DNA of 21,049 bases. Origin: Patescibacteria group bacterium. Its GTDB lineage: Bacteria > Patescibacteriota > Gracilibacteria > BD1-5 > UBA2023. Location: assembly GCA_030836665.1 (NCBI GenBank), contig JAUPLX010000004.1, positions 1 to 21,049 on the forward strand. The letters run 5' to 3'. The position numbers and the translations under genes were made by a program. The notes below the pieces were generated by a model, which saw only the letters and a list, made by a program, of their open reading frames with translations, was not told where the DNA came from and did no database searches. Within the stretch, counting starts at the first letter, position 1. The number at the start of each line of letters is the position of its first letter. Shown here in pieces: positions 1 to 7,764 of the stretch.

Positions 1-68
1 GCCGGCAATATTCCAAAAGACCGTTTTTCCAACATCAGGCAAACGGTCGATTTCAAAACTAAGAAAGA

Positions 69-797
69 TTATCCACCCCTCCCCTCCATCCCCTTCTTCA
101 CCTCCCGCCAATCCGGATAAAACCGGTCCATGACGGCCTTGAATTTCGGGCCGTGGCCGCGTTCGATGAGGTGGGCGAGTTCGTGGACGACCACGTATTC
201 CACGGCGCGGAGCGGTTTCTTAGCCAATTCGAGACTGAGCCAAATGCGTTTGTCGCGGACGTTGCAAGTCCCCCACTTGGTCTTCATGGCCCGAACCCTC
301 CACTGTGAGGTTTTCACGCCCATTTCTTCTTCCCCTCGAAGCACCATTCCGGGGAGGATTTTTTTCAATTCGGACCGGTAGAATTCGTCGAGCAACGCCT
401 TACGGAATGTTTTACCGCTTCCGCTCGGAACCGCCAATACGATGGCATTTCCCCGGAGGGATGCCCGAGGTTTGGCGGATTCCTCGATTTCGAGGCGGCG
501 CGGTTCCCCGAAAAGATCGTGTGTCTCGCCGGAAACGTATTCGGACTCCGTTGCCGCAATTCCGTCCGCGACCTTCGACAAATGCTTGCGGATCCAATCC
601 ATCTTAGAAATCACGAAGGCCCGTATCGCCGCGTCCGTCGCGCGCAACGGCGCGGATACGCGAACCCGCCCCGTACCGGGATACACCGCGATGCGGAGCG
701 TTTTGACACGCTTTCGGTCGACTTCGACGTCGAAGTCGGGGAACCGTAGAACCGAGGGGTTGTTATCCGTTCGTAAGAATTTCCGTAAAATTTCCAT
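69..797 (-). CDS. DUF45/YgjP-like zinc metallopeptidase (M48-related)
   Basis: 242-aa ORF. The C-terminal part carries WGTCN...VVVHELAHL (HExxH)...PDW, typical of the YgjP/DUF45 family. ATG at 795-797, TAA stop. Confidence 0.8.
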   Translation of the reverse strand: MEILRKFLRTDNNPSVLRFPDFDVEVDRKRVKTLRIAVYPGTGRVRVSAPLRATDAAIRAFVISKMDWIRKHLSKVADGIAATESEYVSGETHDLFGEPRRLEIEESAKPRASLRGNAIVLAVPSGSGKTFRKALLDEFYRSELKKILPGMVLRGEEEMGVKTSQWRVRAMKTKWGTCNVRDKRIWLSLELAKKPLRAVEYVVVHELAHLIERGHGPKFKAVMDRFYPDWREVKKGMEGRGG

Positions 798-823
798 GAC
801 TCGGCAAGGTTGTCAGATAGAAT
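796..823 (+). promoter_or_regulatory. candidate sigma70-type promoter for dinD (ATGACT-16 nt-TAGAAT)
   Basis: TAGAAT at 818-823, with a 4/6 match to the -35 hexamer 16 nt upstream. The same TAGAAT -10 hexamer recurs upstream of three other transcription units in the window. Confidence 0.3.
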
Positions 824-886
824 CAACAGGCCACCGAGTAAAAACCGGCAAACGTCACGGAAAAGACTATCCACGAAACGCCAACC

Positions 887-1726
887 ATGAAATCCGAACT
901 CATATCTTCCCTTCTCGTCAACTTCGAATCCATCCGTCAAGAATCCGGCGGCGTCGAATTCTGGAGCGCGAGAGATCTTCAAAAACTGCTTTGATATGCC
1001 GAATGGCGGAATTTTGAAAAGTCAGTTCAAAAGGCGGTTGAATCCTGCAAGAATGCCTCCGTTGAGGCAAAAGACCATTTTGTTGAGTCCAACAAAATGG
1101 TCGACCTCGGAAGCGGTGCGGGACGTACCGTCGACGACGTTCTCCTTACGCGATATGCCGCCTATCTCGTGGCTCAGAACGGAGATTCCTCAAAACCTGA
1201 AATCGCTTTCGCCCAAGCATATTTCGCCATTCAAACCCGAAAGCAAGAACTTATCGAACAACGTCTTCTCGATTCCGAGCGAATAAAAGCTCGGGAGAAA
1301 CTCTCCGAAAGCGAAAAGGTCCTTTCGAGCGTAATATACGAGCGCGGCGTGGATGAAAAAGATTTTGCAATCATCCGTTCCCAAGGCGATAAGGCCCTTT
1401 TCGGAGGAAGGACTACTTTGGAAATGAAATCGAAATTGAAAATACCCGTCAGTCGACCTCTTGCGGATTTTCTCCCCACGCTCACAATCAAAGCCAAAGA
1501 CTTCGCCAACGAAATCACGAGTCACAACGTAGTGGAAAAGAATCTGAACGGAACGAATCCCATAACGAAGGAACACGTCGATAACAATCTCGCGGTTCGC
1601 AAAATGCTCCGGGAACGATGAGTAAGCCCAGAGAACTTACCACCGGCGGAAGACACGAAGAAAGTCCAGAAACGAATCGAGGGCGACACGAAAAACCTTT
1701 CCGAATCGACAAAGAAGAAAGAATAG
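887..1726 (+). CDS. dinD: DNA-damage-inducible protein D (DinD-like), 279 aa with two in-frame UGA(Gly) codons
   Basis: The track ORF 1097-1621 is the middle of the gene. ATG at 887 gives MKSELISS...GGVEFWSARDLQKLL-[TGA 992-994]-YAEWRNFEK. TGA at 1619-1621 reads through into ...RER-[G]-VSPENLPPAEDTKKVQKR..., a DinD-like C-terminus ending at TAG 1724-1726. Confidence 0.85.
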
Positions 1727-1809
1727 GGATTTTCCAATAGTCGATGAACGCGACCTTCGCGCCGTATACGATTATCGAACGGGCCGAAAAAAGGAGTTCG
1801 TACGAAATG

Positions 1810-1841
1810 AAATCCCCCGGCCTTGCGGTCGGGGGATTTTT
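1810..1841. terminator. bidirectional intrinsic terminator hairpin between convergent dinD and the membrane-protein gene
   Basis: AAATCCCCCG (1810-1819), 10-nt loop, CGGGGGATTT (1830-1839). A-run on one side and T-run on the other. Confidence 0.7.
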
Positions 1842-1891
1842 CGGTCGGGCCGTCCGGCATTCCGAAGAAGCCGGGGACTCCGGGGTAGCGA

Positions 1892-2497
1892 CTATGAGAC
1901 GCGGGCGTATTCGCCTTCGATTACGCCCGTCGTGTTGCGGAAGTCGCCTTTTTCGACGGGCCCTTCGCGCACTTCGAACTTGGCGAGGAACTTCTTCGCG
2001 TTTTCTGCGACGGCGAAGAAGCCGAACTTGAGCACGAGAACGCTCAATACGAAGAAGAACGCCGTAACGGTGGAGCCGGTAAGGGCCAAGGATGCCGCAA
2101 GGCCGATGTGGGCGATCCAGCCGACCGCTTTCCTGGCCGACGGTTTCCCTTTGGCCATCCGCAACGTACCGCGATTCAAGAAGAAGCCGTCCGCCTTGTC
2201 GCCGGTCTTATCCGCCAAGACGGAGGCGGTGACGACCATGAAGAAGCCGCTGATGCCGTAGAGCAGGATTCCCAGCCACGTCACGACGACGGCGACGTTG
2301 ACCAAGGGGGCCGTTTCCGGTACGAAGAGCGTGGCTACGAGGATGCCGATGAGCGCGAAGATGGTGAAGAGAACGACGTAACCCTTGATGGATTTTTCGT
2401 CTTCCGCTTCCCAGACGCGCTTGGCGGCCTCTTTGGTATGGGGCGGCAAACCGAGGTCGTCGAGTTGCTTTTGGTCTTTGTTCGAAAGCGTGGGCAT
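1892..2497 (-). CDS. hypothetical integral membrane protein (about 4 TM helices)
   Basis: 201-aa ORF with four long hydrophobic segments. AGGAGG lies 8 nt upstream of the ATG. TAG stop. I recognise no family. Confidence 0.6.
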   Translation of the reverse strand: MPTLSNKDQKQLDDLGLPPHTKEAAKRVWEAEDEKSIKGYVVLFTIFALIGILVATLFVPETAPLVNVAVVVTWLGILLYGISGFFMVVTASVLADKTGDKADGFFLNRGTLRMAKGKPSARKAVGWIAHIGLAASLALTGSTVTAFFFVLSVLVLKFGFFAVAENAKKFLAKFEVREGPVEKGDFRNTTGVIEGEYARVS

Positions 2498-2581
2498 GGT
2501 TTGTTCCCTCCTCTGAAATTGGAATTGCCGAAATTGCCTACCGGATAAAAATACTCCGTTTCCCCGGAAGTCAATTCGTAT

Positions 2582-2612
2582 TTGACATCATGATTATTTA
2601 TGTTTTTAGAAT
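2582..2612 (+). promoter_or_regulatory. candidate promoter for the RhuM-Fic/Doc gene (TTGACA ... TAGAAT)
   Basis: Perfect -35 TTGACA at 2582-2587 and TAGAAT at 2607-2612. The 19-nt spacer is longer than optimal. Confidence 0.3.
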
Positions 2613-2654
2613 GCGCTTCCAATGGGACGGACGAGGGTGAATTCAAAAACAATG

Positions 2655-2666
2655 CGGACATGTCCG
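2655..2666. promoter_or_regulatory. perfect 12-bp palindrome CGGACATGTCCG (possible operator) between promoter and start codon
   Basis: CGGACA|TGTCCG flanked by AAAAAC...TTTTTT. It has no loop, so it is a poor terminator. Its position fits a dimeric-repressor site. Confidence 0.3.
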
Positions 2667-2753
2667 TTTTTTCCCGAATTTTTCGCGCGGTTTTCCTTGG
2701 AATGCCAATTTTTGCGGATAGTATCGGGAACATACCATCGTAACCCCCATCCC

Positions 2754-3752
2754 ATGGCACCCCAAGCCATCGAACCCGTCGTGTATCAGGGAAAGGACGG
2801 GGCGATAGAATTCAGAATCGACGCACGGGCTGAAACGGTCTGGGCGAGCCTGGAACAAATCGCTTCCATTTTCGGGCGCGACAAATCCGTGATTTCTCGT
2901 CACCTTTCGAAGATTTTTTCCGAAGGGGAATTGGATCGAAGTTCAACTGTTGCAAAAAATGCAACAGCTCAGAAAGAAGGTGGAAGAACGGTGGTTCGAG
3001 ATATCGATTACTACAATCTCGACGTCATCCTTTCGGTGGGATACCGGGTAAATTCAAAAACCGCCACCAAATTCCGCCAATGGGCCACAAAAACCCTCCG
3101 GCAGTACGTTTCCGAAGGCTATGCCGTCAATGTCTCCCGCATCGAGAGCAATTACGAAGCCTTCCTGAAAGCTGTGGAAGACGTCAAAAAATGCCTTCCG
3201 GTCGGTTCGGGCATGGGGTCGGACGAAACGCTTGATCTCGTTCGGCTCTTCGCGTCGACGTGGTTCTCACTCGACGCGTACGACCGTTCGAACCTGCCGG
3301 AATCCGGATGGAATAGGACGCAGGTTGAATTAGCGGCATCCGACCTCGCTTCGGCCATCGCCGAACTCAAGGCCGACCTCCTTTCCAAGGGTGAAGCCAC
3401 CGAACTCTTCGCCCAAGAGAAGATTGTCGGAAACCTCGCCGGAATCGTAGGCAACGTGATGCAGTCGGTCTTCGGCGAAGACGCGTACCCCACGCTCGAA
3501 GAGAAGGCCACGCACCTCCTCTATTTCATCATCAAGAACCATCCGTTCAACGATGGCAATAAGCGATCGGGCGCGTTCGCCTTCGTGTGGTTTTTACGCA
3601 AAGCCGGCATCCTCGACGCCACGCGGATGTCGCCCGAAGCCCTCACGGCCCTCGCACTGCTCATCGCGGAGAGCGATCCCAAGGAAAAAAGCCGGGTGAT
3701 TGGGCTGGTTTTGATACTGCTCAGGAAAGATGCGGGCGATTCGGGAAAATAA
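2754..3752 (+). CDS. RhuM-family N-terminal domain fused to a Fic/Doc-family domain (332 aa)
   Basis: From the ATG at 2754: MAPQAIEPVVYQGKDGAIEFRIDARAETVWASLEQIASIFGRDKSVISRHLSKIFSEGEL, a RhuM-type N-terminus. Fic/Doc motif HPFNDGNKR at 3540-3566. TAA stop. The 44-codon upstream extension in the track ORF has no homologue-like sequence. Confidence 0.8.
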   Translation: MAPQAIEPVVYQGKDGAIEFRIDARAETVWASLEQIASIFGRDKSVISRHLSKIFSEGELDRSSTVAKNATAQKEGGRTVVRDIDYYNLDVILSVGYRVNSKTATKFRQWATKTLRQYVSEGYAVNVSRIESNYEAFLKAVEDVKKCLPVGSGMGSDETLDLVRLFASTWFSLDAYDRSNLPESGWNRTQVELAASDLASAIAELKADLLSKGEATELFAQEKIVGNLAGIVGNVMQSVFGEDAYPTLEEKATHLLYFIIKNHPFNDGNKRSGAFAFVWFLRKAGILDATRMSPEALTALALLIAESDPKEKSRVIGLVLILLRKDAGDSGK

Positions 3753-3766
3753 TGCTTCGGGCATTG

Positions 3767-3797
3767 AAAATCCCCCGTCACCGGGGGATTTTTTATT
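3767..3797. terminator. bidirectional intrinsic terminator (RhuM-Fic gene on +, tRNA-Thr on -)
   Basis: AAAATCCCCCG, loop TCAC, CGGGGGATTTT followed by TTATTT. Confidence 0.75.
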
Positions 3798-3802
3798 TCG
3801 AA

Positions 3803-3878
3803 TGGAGCCGCTGACCGGGGTTGAACCGGTGACCTCATCCTTACCATGGATGCGCTCTACCTACTGAGCTACAGCGGC
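3803..3878 (-). tRNA. tRNA-Thr (anticodon GGU), CCA encoded
   Basis: The reverse complement folds as a 76-nt cloverleaf: GCCGCTG TA GCTC AGTAGGTA GAGC G CATCC AT-GGT-AA GGATG AGGTC ACCGG TTCAACC CCGGT CAGCGGC T CCA. Confidence 0.9.
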
Positions 3879-3886
3879 CTACTTTC

Positions 3887-4948
3887 CTAAATTAGCCCGG
3901 CTATTATATGGTCGAGCAAAAAAATTCAAGCCGGAGTTGGGAGAATTTTTCCATCCTTCTCGACAATCCATCCCAAAGCGGCGAATTCGTCACGTTTGGA
4001 CGGGTCGGCAACGAGTTCCGACGGTAAGGAAAACGTCCGGATTCCGCAAAGCGCCTCCTCGATCCGCACCTGTTCGCCGGTGAGACGTTCCCGGGATACG
4101 GTATCTCATCGGTAATATCCGGCGAACGACGCCGCGTTTTCGAAGCGCTCGCCTTTCCAGAGCGACGCCGCCGAGAGACCGAACGCGCGGACGTCGCGGC
4201 GTTCCCAGTATCCGCGGTTGTGCCGCGATTCGTGGCCCGGTTTGGCAAAATTCGAAACTTCGTAGTGGACGAACCCCTTCCGTATCAGGAAATCGCGGCA
4301 CGCGAGGAATTCCTCCCGGACCGACTCGGTATCGGCGTGCGTGCCGCTCCAGTTTTTCGGATAGGAACCCTCTTCGAGCAGATACGCGCTCGTATGGGTA
4401 AGCGGAAATTCGGCATGGAGGCGTTCCATGGCGGAAAGCGTTCCCTTCGGCTTCTCCTGCGGAAGTCCGAGGATGAGGTCGGCGTTCACGTTCGCGAATC
4501 CGGCGTCGAATGCCGATTTCAGCCCCGCCATCGTCGTTTTCGCGTCTTTTCGGCCCACGGTAGCCAATACGGCATCATCGAGCGATTGGACCCCCACCGA
4601 GAGCCGCGTAACGCCGGTTTCAAGGAGGGCCCGGCAGAATTCCGGGGTTAAATCCTCAGGATTGGCTTCCACGGTAATTTCCGCGTCCTCCGCCATTCCG
4701 AAACGGTCCGAAAATTGGCGGATTACCGTACCGATCCTCGCTACCCCTACGGCTGAGGGCGTTCCGCCTCCGAAGTAGAGGGTTTCGACCTTCCCGACGT
4801 CCCCTTCCGCGTCCGCGAATGCCGAAACCTCGGCGAAGAGCGCCGCGAAATACCGCGACACCTGCGCTTCGCGCACGAAAGGCGTGAGCGCGAACTTGCA
4901 GTATCCGCACTTCTGCCGGCAAAAAGGAACGTGGACGTAGGCGCGCAT
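3887..4948 (-). CDS. hemW: radical-SAM heme chaperone HemW (coproporphyrinogen III oxidase-like), 353 aa with two in-frame UGA(Gly)
   Basis: Starts MRAYVHVPFCRQKCGYCKF (CxxxCxxC radical-SAM motif) at ATG 4946-4948. The apparent TGA stop at 4106-4108 reads through (...AGYYR-[G]-DTVSRERLTGEQ...), as does TGA 3926-3928 (...ILPTPA-[G]-IFLLDHIIAGLI). This gives a HemN_C-like tail ending at TAG 3887-3889. The N-terminal 275 aa of track ORF 4106-5776 are spurious. Confidence 0.85.
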
Positions 4949-5697
4949 TAGGCTTCGATTTCGAGAAGGAGCGGCGCATGGTCGGAGACCGCGTCGGGCA
5001 ATACGGCGAAATCGCGGACGGCGACCCCCCGTACGAGGGCATAATCGGCATACGGCGACCACCTCGGATCGAAATGGTGGGTCCGGGTCGATCGGACGCC
5101 CTTCTCTTTGATGAGGTTCCGGAAACCGGCGCGTTCGAAGACGGCGATGCTTTCGGTATTCGGGTTGAGGTTGAAATCCCCCAGGACCGCTATCGGCCCT
5201 TCTTCGCGGTCGAACGCGCCCATCATCCGGTTCGACTGCTCGATGCGCTCGGGGAGGTCGTCCTTTCCCGTGCCTTTCCGCCAGAGCCCGTGGAAATTCG
5301 CTACGCGGATTCCGTTGCCGAGCCGGACGACGAAGACGCTCCTCGCGTGTTCCCCTTCGAGACCGGATTCGAGCGGTTCGTCGGGACCGTCGCGGAAAAC
5401 GAACGCGGTCGTATCCGAAACGATGCCGATCTTCTTCCGAACGAACGTCGCGAGGCCGTAGCGGCTCCCGTACGATGCCGAAAAACGCCCTTCGAAATCC
5501 GACAGTACCGCGACGAGCCGTTCGAAAAGCGCGTGGTCGCCAGTCGGATGGAAGGGTGGCAGCGGTCCGGTGGCGTCCGTTTCGCGAAAAACTTCCTGGA
5601 AACAGAAAACGTCCGTGGTCGCGGAGCGCGTGCGGACGAATTCGAGGAGGTCGGGCGAGAGCCTTCCTCCCCAGCAATTGAGCGAGATAATTTTCAT
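4948..5697 (-). CDS. endonuclease/exonuclease/phosphatase (EEP) family hydrolase, paralogue 1 (249 aa)
   Basis: MKIISLNCWGG...FCFQE...GDFNLNP...SDHAPLLLEIEA. ATG at 5695-5697. The TAA stop overlaps the hemW ATG (TAATG). Confidence 0.8.
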   Translation of the reverse strand: MKIISLNCWGGRLSPDLLEFVRTRSATTDVFCFQEVFRETDATGPLPPFHPTGDHALFERLVAVLSDFEGRFSASYGSRYGLATFVRKKIGIVSDTTAFVFRDGPDEPLESGLEGEHARSVFVVRLGNGIRVANFHGLWRKGTGKDDLPERIEQSNRMMGAFDREEGPIAVLGDFNLNPNTESIAVFERAGFRNLIKEKGVRSTRTHHFDPRWSPYADYALVRGVAVRDFAVLPDAVSDHAPLLLEIEA

Positions 5698-5744
5698 AAA
5701 GACGCGGTACGGAAGTGGTACGGGTGGGATTCGAACGCATCCCC

Positions 5745-6494
5745 TTACGCGGCGATTTCGAGAAGGAGCGGCGCATGGTCGGAGACCACGTCGGGCAATA
5801 CGCGGAAGTCTCGGACCGGAACGTCCGGGGTCACGAGGGCATAGTCGGCGTATTTTCCGGGTTTTTCGTAGAGCGGTGTGCGGGTCGAAGTGATTCCGAA
5901 CCGTTCCACCAGGCACGAGAATCCGGCGTCGGAAAACATGCGGTAACTCCTGGTGTCGGGGTTGAGGTTGAAATCGCCCATGAGGATCTTCGGCCCTTCG
6001 AGCGGAAGTACCGCCGCGAGGATTTTTTCGGATTGCGCGATACGGTCCGGGTGGTCGCCCTTTCCGTATCCGCCGATCCAGAGCCCGTGGAGATTGGCCA
6101 AATGGATTCCGTTGCCCAGAGTGGTGACGAGCACCTTCCTCGAATGCGCGCCTTCGTTTCCGACGGCGAGCCTTATGCGCGTATCGTCGAGGTGGACGAA
6201 CCTCTCGAAGCTGTCGGCGATGCCCACCGATTCGCGGACGAAAGTGGCAATGCCGTAGTCGTTGCCGTAAAACGTGGCGAACCGGTGTTCGAAACCGGGA
6301 AGCAGTTCGGAAAAGGTTTCCACGGTATTGCGGATTTCCTTGGGATCGAAGAGGGGATCGAATTCGTCGTCCCCCGTGTCGCGCATCATTTCTTGGAAAC
6401 AGAACGCGTCCACGCTATCGCGGTGGGCAATGAGGAAATCGAGAATTTCCGGATTGATTCGGGCTCCCCAGCAATTGAGCGAGATGATTTTCAT
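5745..6494 (-). CDS. endonuclease/exonuclease/phosphatase (EEP) family hydrolase, paralogue 2 (249 aa)
   Basis: MKIISLNCWGA...FCFQE...GDFNLNP...SDHAPLLLEIAA. Same length as paralogue 1, with which it is in tandem. Confidence 0.8.
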   Translation of the reverse strand: MKIISLNCWGARINPEILDFLIAHRDSVDAFCFQEMMRDTGDDEFDPLFDPKEIRNTVETFSELLPGFEHRFATFYGNDYGIATFVRESVGIADSFERFVHLDDTRIRLAVGNEGAHSRKVLVTTLGNGIHLANLHGLWIGGYGKGDHPDRIAQSEKILAAVLPLEGPKILMGDFNLNPDTRSYRMFSDAGFSCLVERFGITSTRTPLYEKPGKYADYALVTPDVPVRDFRVLPDVVSDHAPLLLEIAA

Positions 6495-6500
6495 ACGTGC

Positions 6501-7133
6501 CTATTTTTCGTCTCCGTAAGCGGACAGAACGACTTCGATGTGCGAGAACACCTCGTCCACGCCCTTGCTCGCGTCGATGTGGTAGACTCGGCGGCCTTCG
6601 CCCGCCCATGCGGCCAAGAGCGGCAGGGTGTTTTGATAGAACGTGTCGATGCGCTTGGCGACGGCTTCGGGGTGGTCGTCATCGCGCTTCACGAGTTTCG
6701 CTCCGGTATACGGCGAAAAGTCGCCCTTGAAATCGCCGGGGAAAGATTCTCCGGTAGTCGGGTCGATGCGGCGGCCGGCGAGGCGACGGATGGCTTCGTC
6801 GCGTTCGAGGTCGAGAAAAATGACGAAGTAATCGGGAAAGACTCCGTCGAAGAGGGATTTTTGATCGGCGTTGCGGGGAATGCCGTCGAAAACGATGCGT
6901 CCGCCCTTATGGGTGTCGCGGTAATGCTGGAGGATGGTGCCGACGAGTTCGGGCGAGACGAGCGCGCCGGAATCGAGACAAGCCTTCACCTCGGCGCTCT
7001 TCGGGTGCCCGAGCGTGGTGAAATTACGAAGCTTTTGTCCCATTTCAAAAAAGGAGCAATTGAATTTTTCGAGGATCTTACGGGCCTGGGTGCCTTTACC
7101 GGAACCCTGGATTCCTACGAGGAGGATGTGCAT
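6501..7133 (-). CDS. adk: adenylate kinase
   Basis: 210 aa. P-loop MHILLVGIQGSGKGTQ and adenylate-kinase-like sequence throughout. The lid lacks Zn-binding cysteines. TAG stop 6 nt before the EEP-2 start. Confidence 0.9.
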   Translation of the reverse strand: MHILLVGIQGSGKGTQARKILEKFNCSFFEMGQKLRNFTTLGHPKSAEVKACLDSGALVSPELVGTILQHYRDTHKGGRIVFDGIPRNADQKSLFDGVFPDYFVIFLDLERDEAIRRLAGRRIDPTTGESFPGDFKGDFSPYTGAKLVKRDDDHPEAVAKRIDTFYQNTLPLLAAWAGEGRRVYHIDASKGVDEVFSHIEVVLSAYGDEK

Positions 7134-7281
7134 GGTAATTGGGTTACTTCAGTAATCGTAGCACGTTTTTCAAAAGCGACGAGTTCGGATGACGTTCGAG
7201 TATCGCAAGCGAAACGTACTTGGCGGTACGTTGAGTGCGAAACGGAGAACGGAATTCGAAATCGGAAGCTTTTCAAAAATG

Positions 7282-7728
7282 TACCCCTTCGGAAAGGTAG
7301 TAAGCCGGATTCTGTGTCTCAACGCGAATCTATCTAGGACGCCGGTCGCCCGACGCCTCGAGCGGGGTATGCCTCACCCGGCCCTGGAGCCGTATGGGTT
7401 CGGCACCATTCCCCTTGCACCGCGCGGGGTTTGCCAGTCTTCGTACGTTACCGTACGAACCCATCCGTAGCCTTGCGGCATCGAATGGCTTTTCACGTTT
7501 TGGCCGTAGCCCTGTATGGTCTCTGTGGCACTTTCCGTACCCGGCGCTTATGGATTCTTCACCGGGCCGCAGGCGTTACCTGCCGCGCTTTCCAGGCAGT
7601 GTCCGGACTTTCCTCACCCGGGTTGCCCCGGGCGTACGCGTTCCCCTTTCCGAAAGGGCTGGCGCATTGTACGGGACTGGCAGCCAATCGCAAGTCGGGT
7701 TCCTCGCGTTGCATTCGGTTCGTAACCA
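7282..7728 (-). ncRNA. rnpB: RNase P RNA, bacterial type A (ends approximate)
   Basis: The reverse complement contains these conserved elements:
- GAGGAAAGTCCGGAC (7601-7615)
- GGTAACGCCTG
- GGAAAGTGCCACAGAGA
- GCAAACCCC
- CCTAGATAGAT
- ACAGAATCCGGCTTA (7301-7315)

P2 pairing is CAACGCGA (7704-7711) with TCGCGTTG. A 3' hairpin plus U-tract lies at 7276-7300. No credible protein ORF is present. Confidence 0.88.
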
Positions 7729-7736
7729 TATAGAAT
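7709..7736 (+). promoter_or_regulatory. candidate promoter for the 7765 gene (TTGCAT-16 nt-TAGAAT)
   Basis: TAGAAT at 7731-7736, 28 nt upstream of ATG 7765. The -35 match is weak. It overlaps the divergent rnpB 5' end. Confidence 0.3.
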
Positions 7737-7764
7737 ACATCAAATTTCCGTTATTTCTTAAAAC

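Noticed and set aside
1-68. Possible gene end or start at the left edge (plus-strand frame ending TAA 60-62, or minus-strand ATG at 33-35)
   Set aside because: Fewer than 25 codons are visible in any frame, and nothing is recognisable. It cannot be supported.
808-832. Possible LexA/SOS box upstream of dinD (TTGT-N12-ACAG in GGTTGTCAGATAGAATCAACAGG)
   Set aside because: The spacing and half-sites fit neither the CTGT-N8-ACAG consensus nor the Gram-positive CGAAC-N4-GTTCG consensus. The symmetry is poor, and the LexA status of this lineage is unknown.
5698-5747. tRNA-like fragment between the two EEP genes (sense GGGGATGCGTTCGAATCCCACCCGTACCAC)
   Set aside because: It contains a GTTCGAATC T-loop-like motif and an ...ACCA-like end, which hints at a tRNA 3' relic or att site. 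The T-stem does not pair canonically, there is no full cloverleaf, and no matching repeat occurs elsewhere in the window. It may be just a small GGGAT/ATCCC hairpin.
4949-5776. N-terminal 275 aa of the 556-aa minus-strand ORF 4106-5776
   Set aside because: This R/P-rich stretch is an out-of-frame read across EEP paralogue 1. The radical-SAM motif and homologue-like sequence begin at MRAYVHVPFC (4948), which overlaps the EEP-1 stop as TAATG.
7140-7281. adk-rnpB spacer with a 7-bp inverted repeat (AACGTAC-N6-GTACGTT, 7213-7232) and repeated TTTTCAAAA(A/G) motifs
   Set aside because: It is too short for a gene, and no riboswitch or known ncRNA signature is recognisable by eye. It probably holds the adk promoter/leader and the rnpB terminator. 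It is worth a cmscan but is not reportable as a feature.
5715-7337. 540-aa plus-strand ORF
   Set aside because: It is antisense to EEP paralogue 2 and adk and runs into rnpB. It shows no recognisable domains, and the sense-strand genes are well supported.
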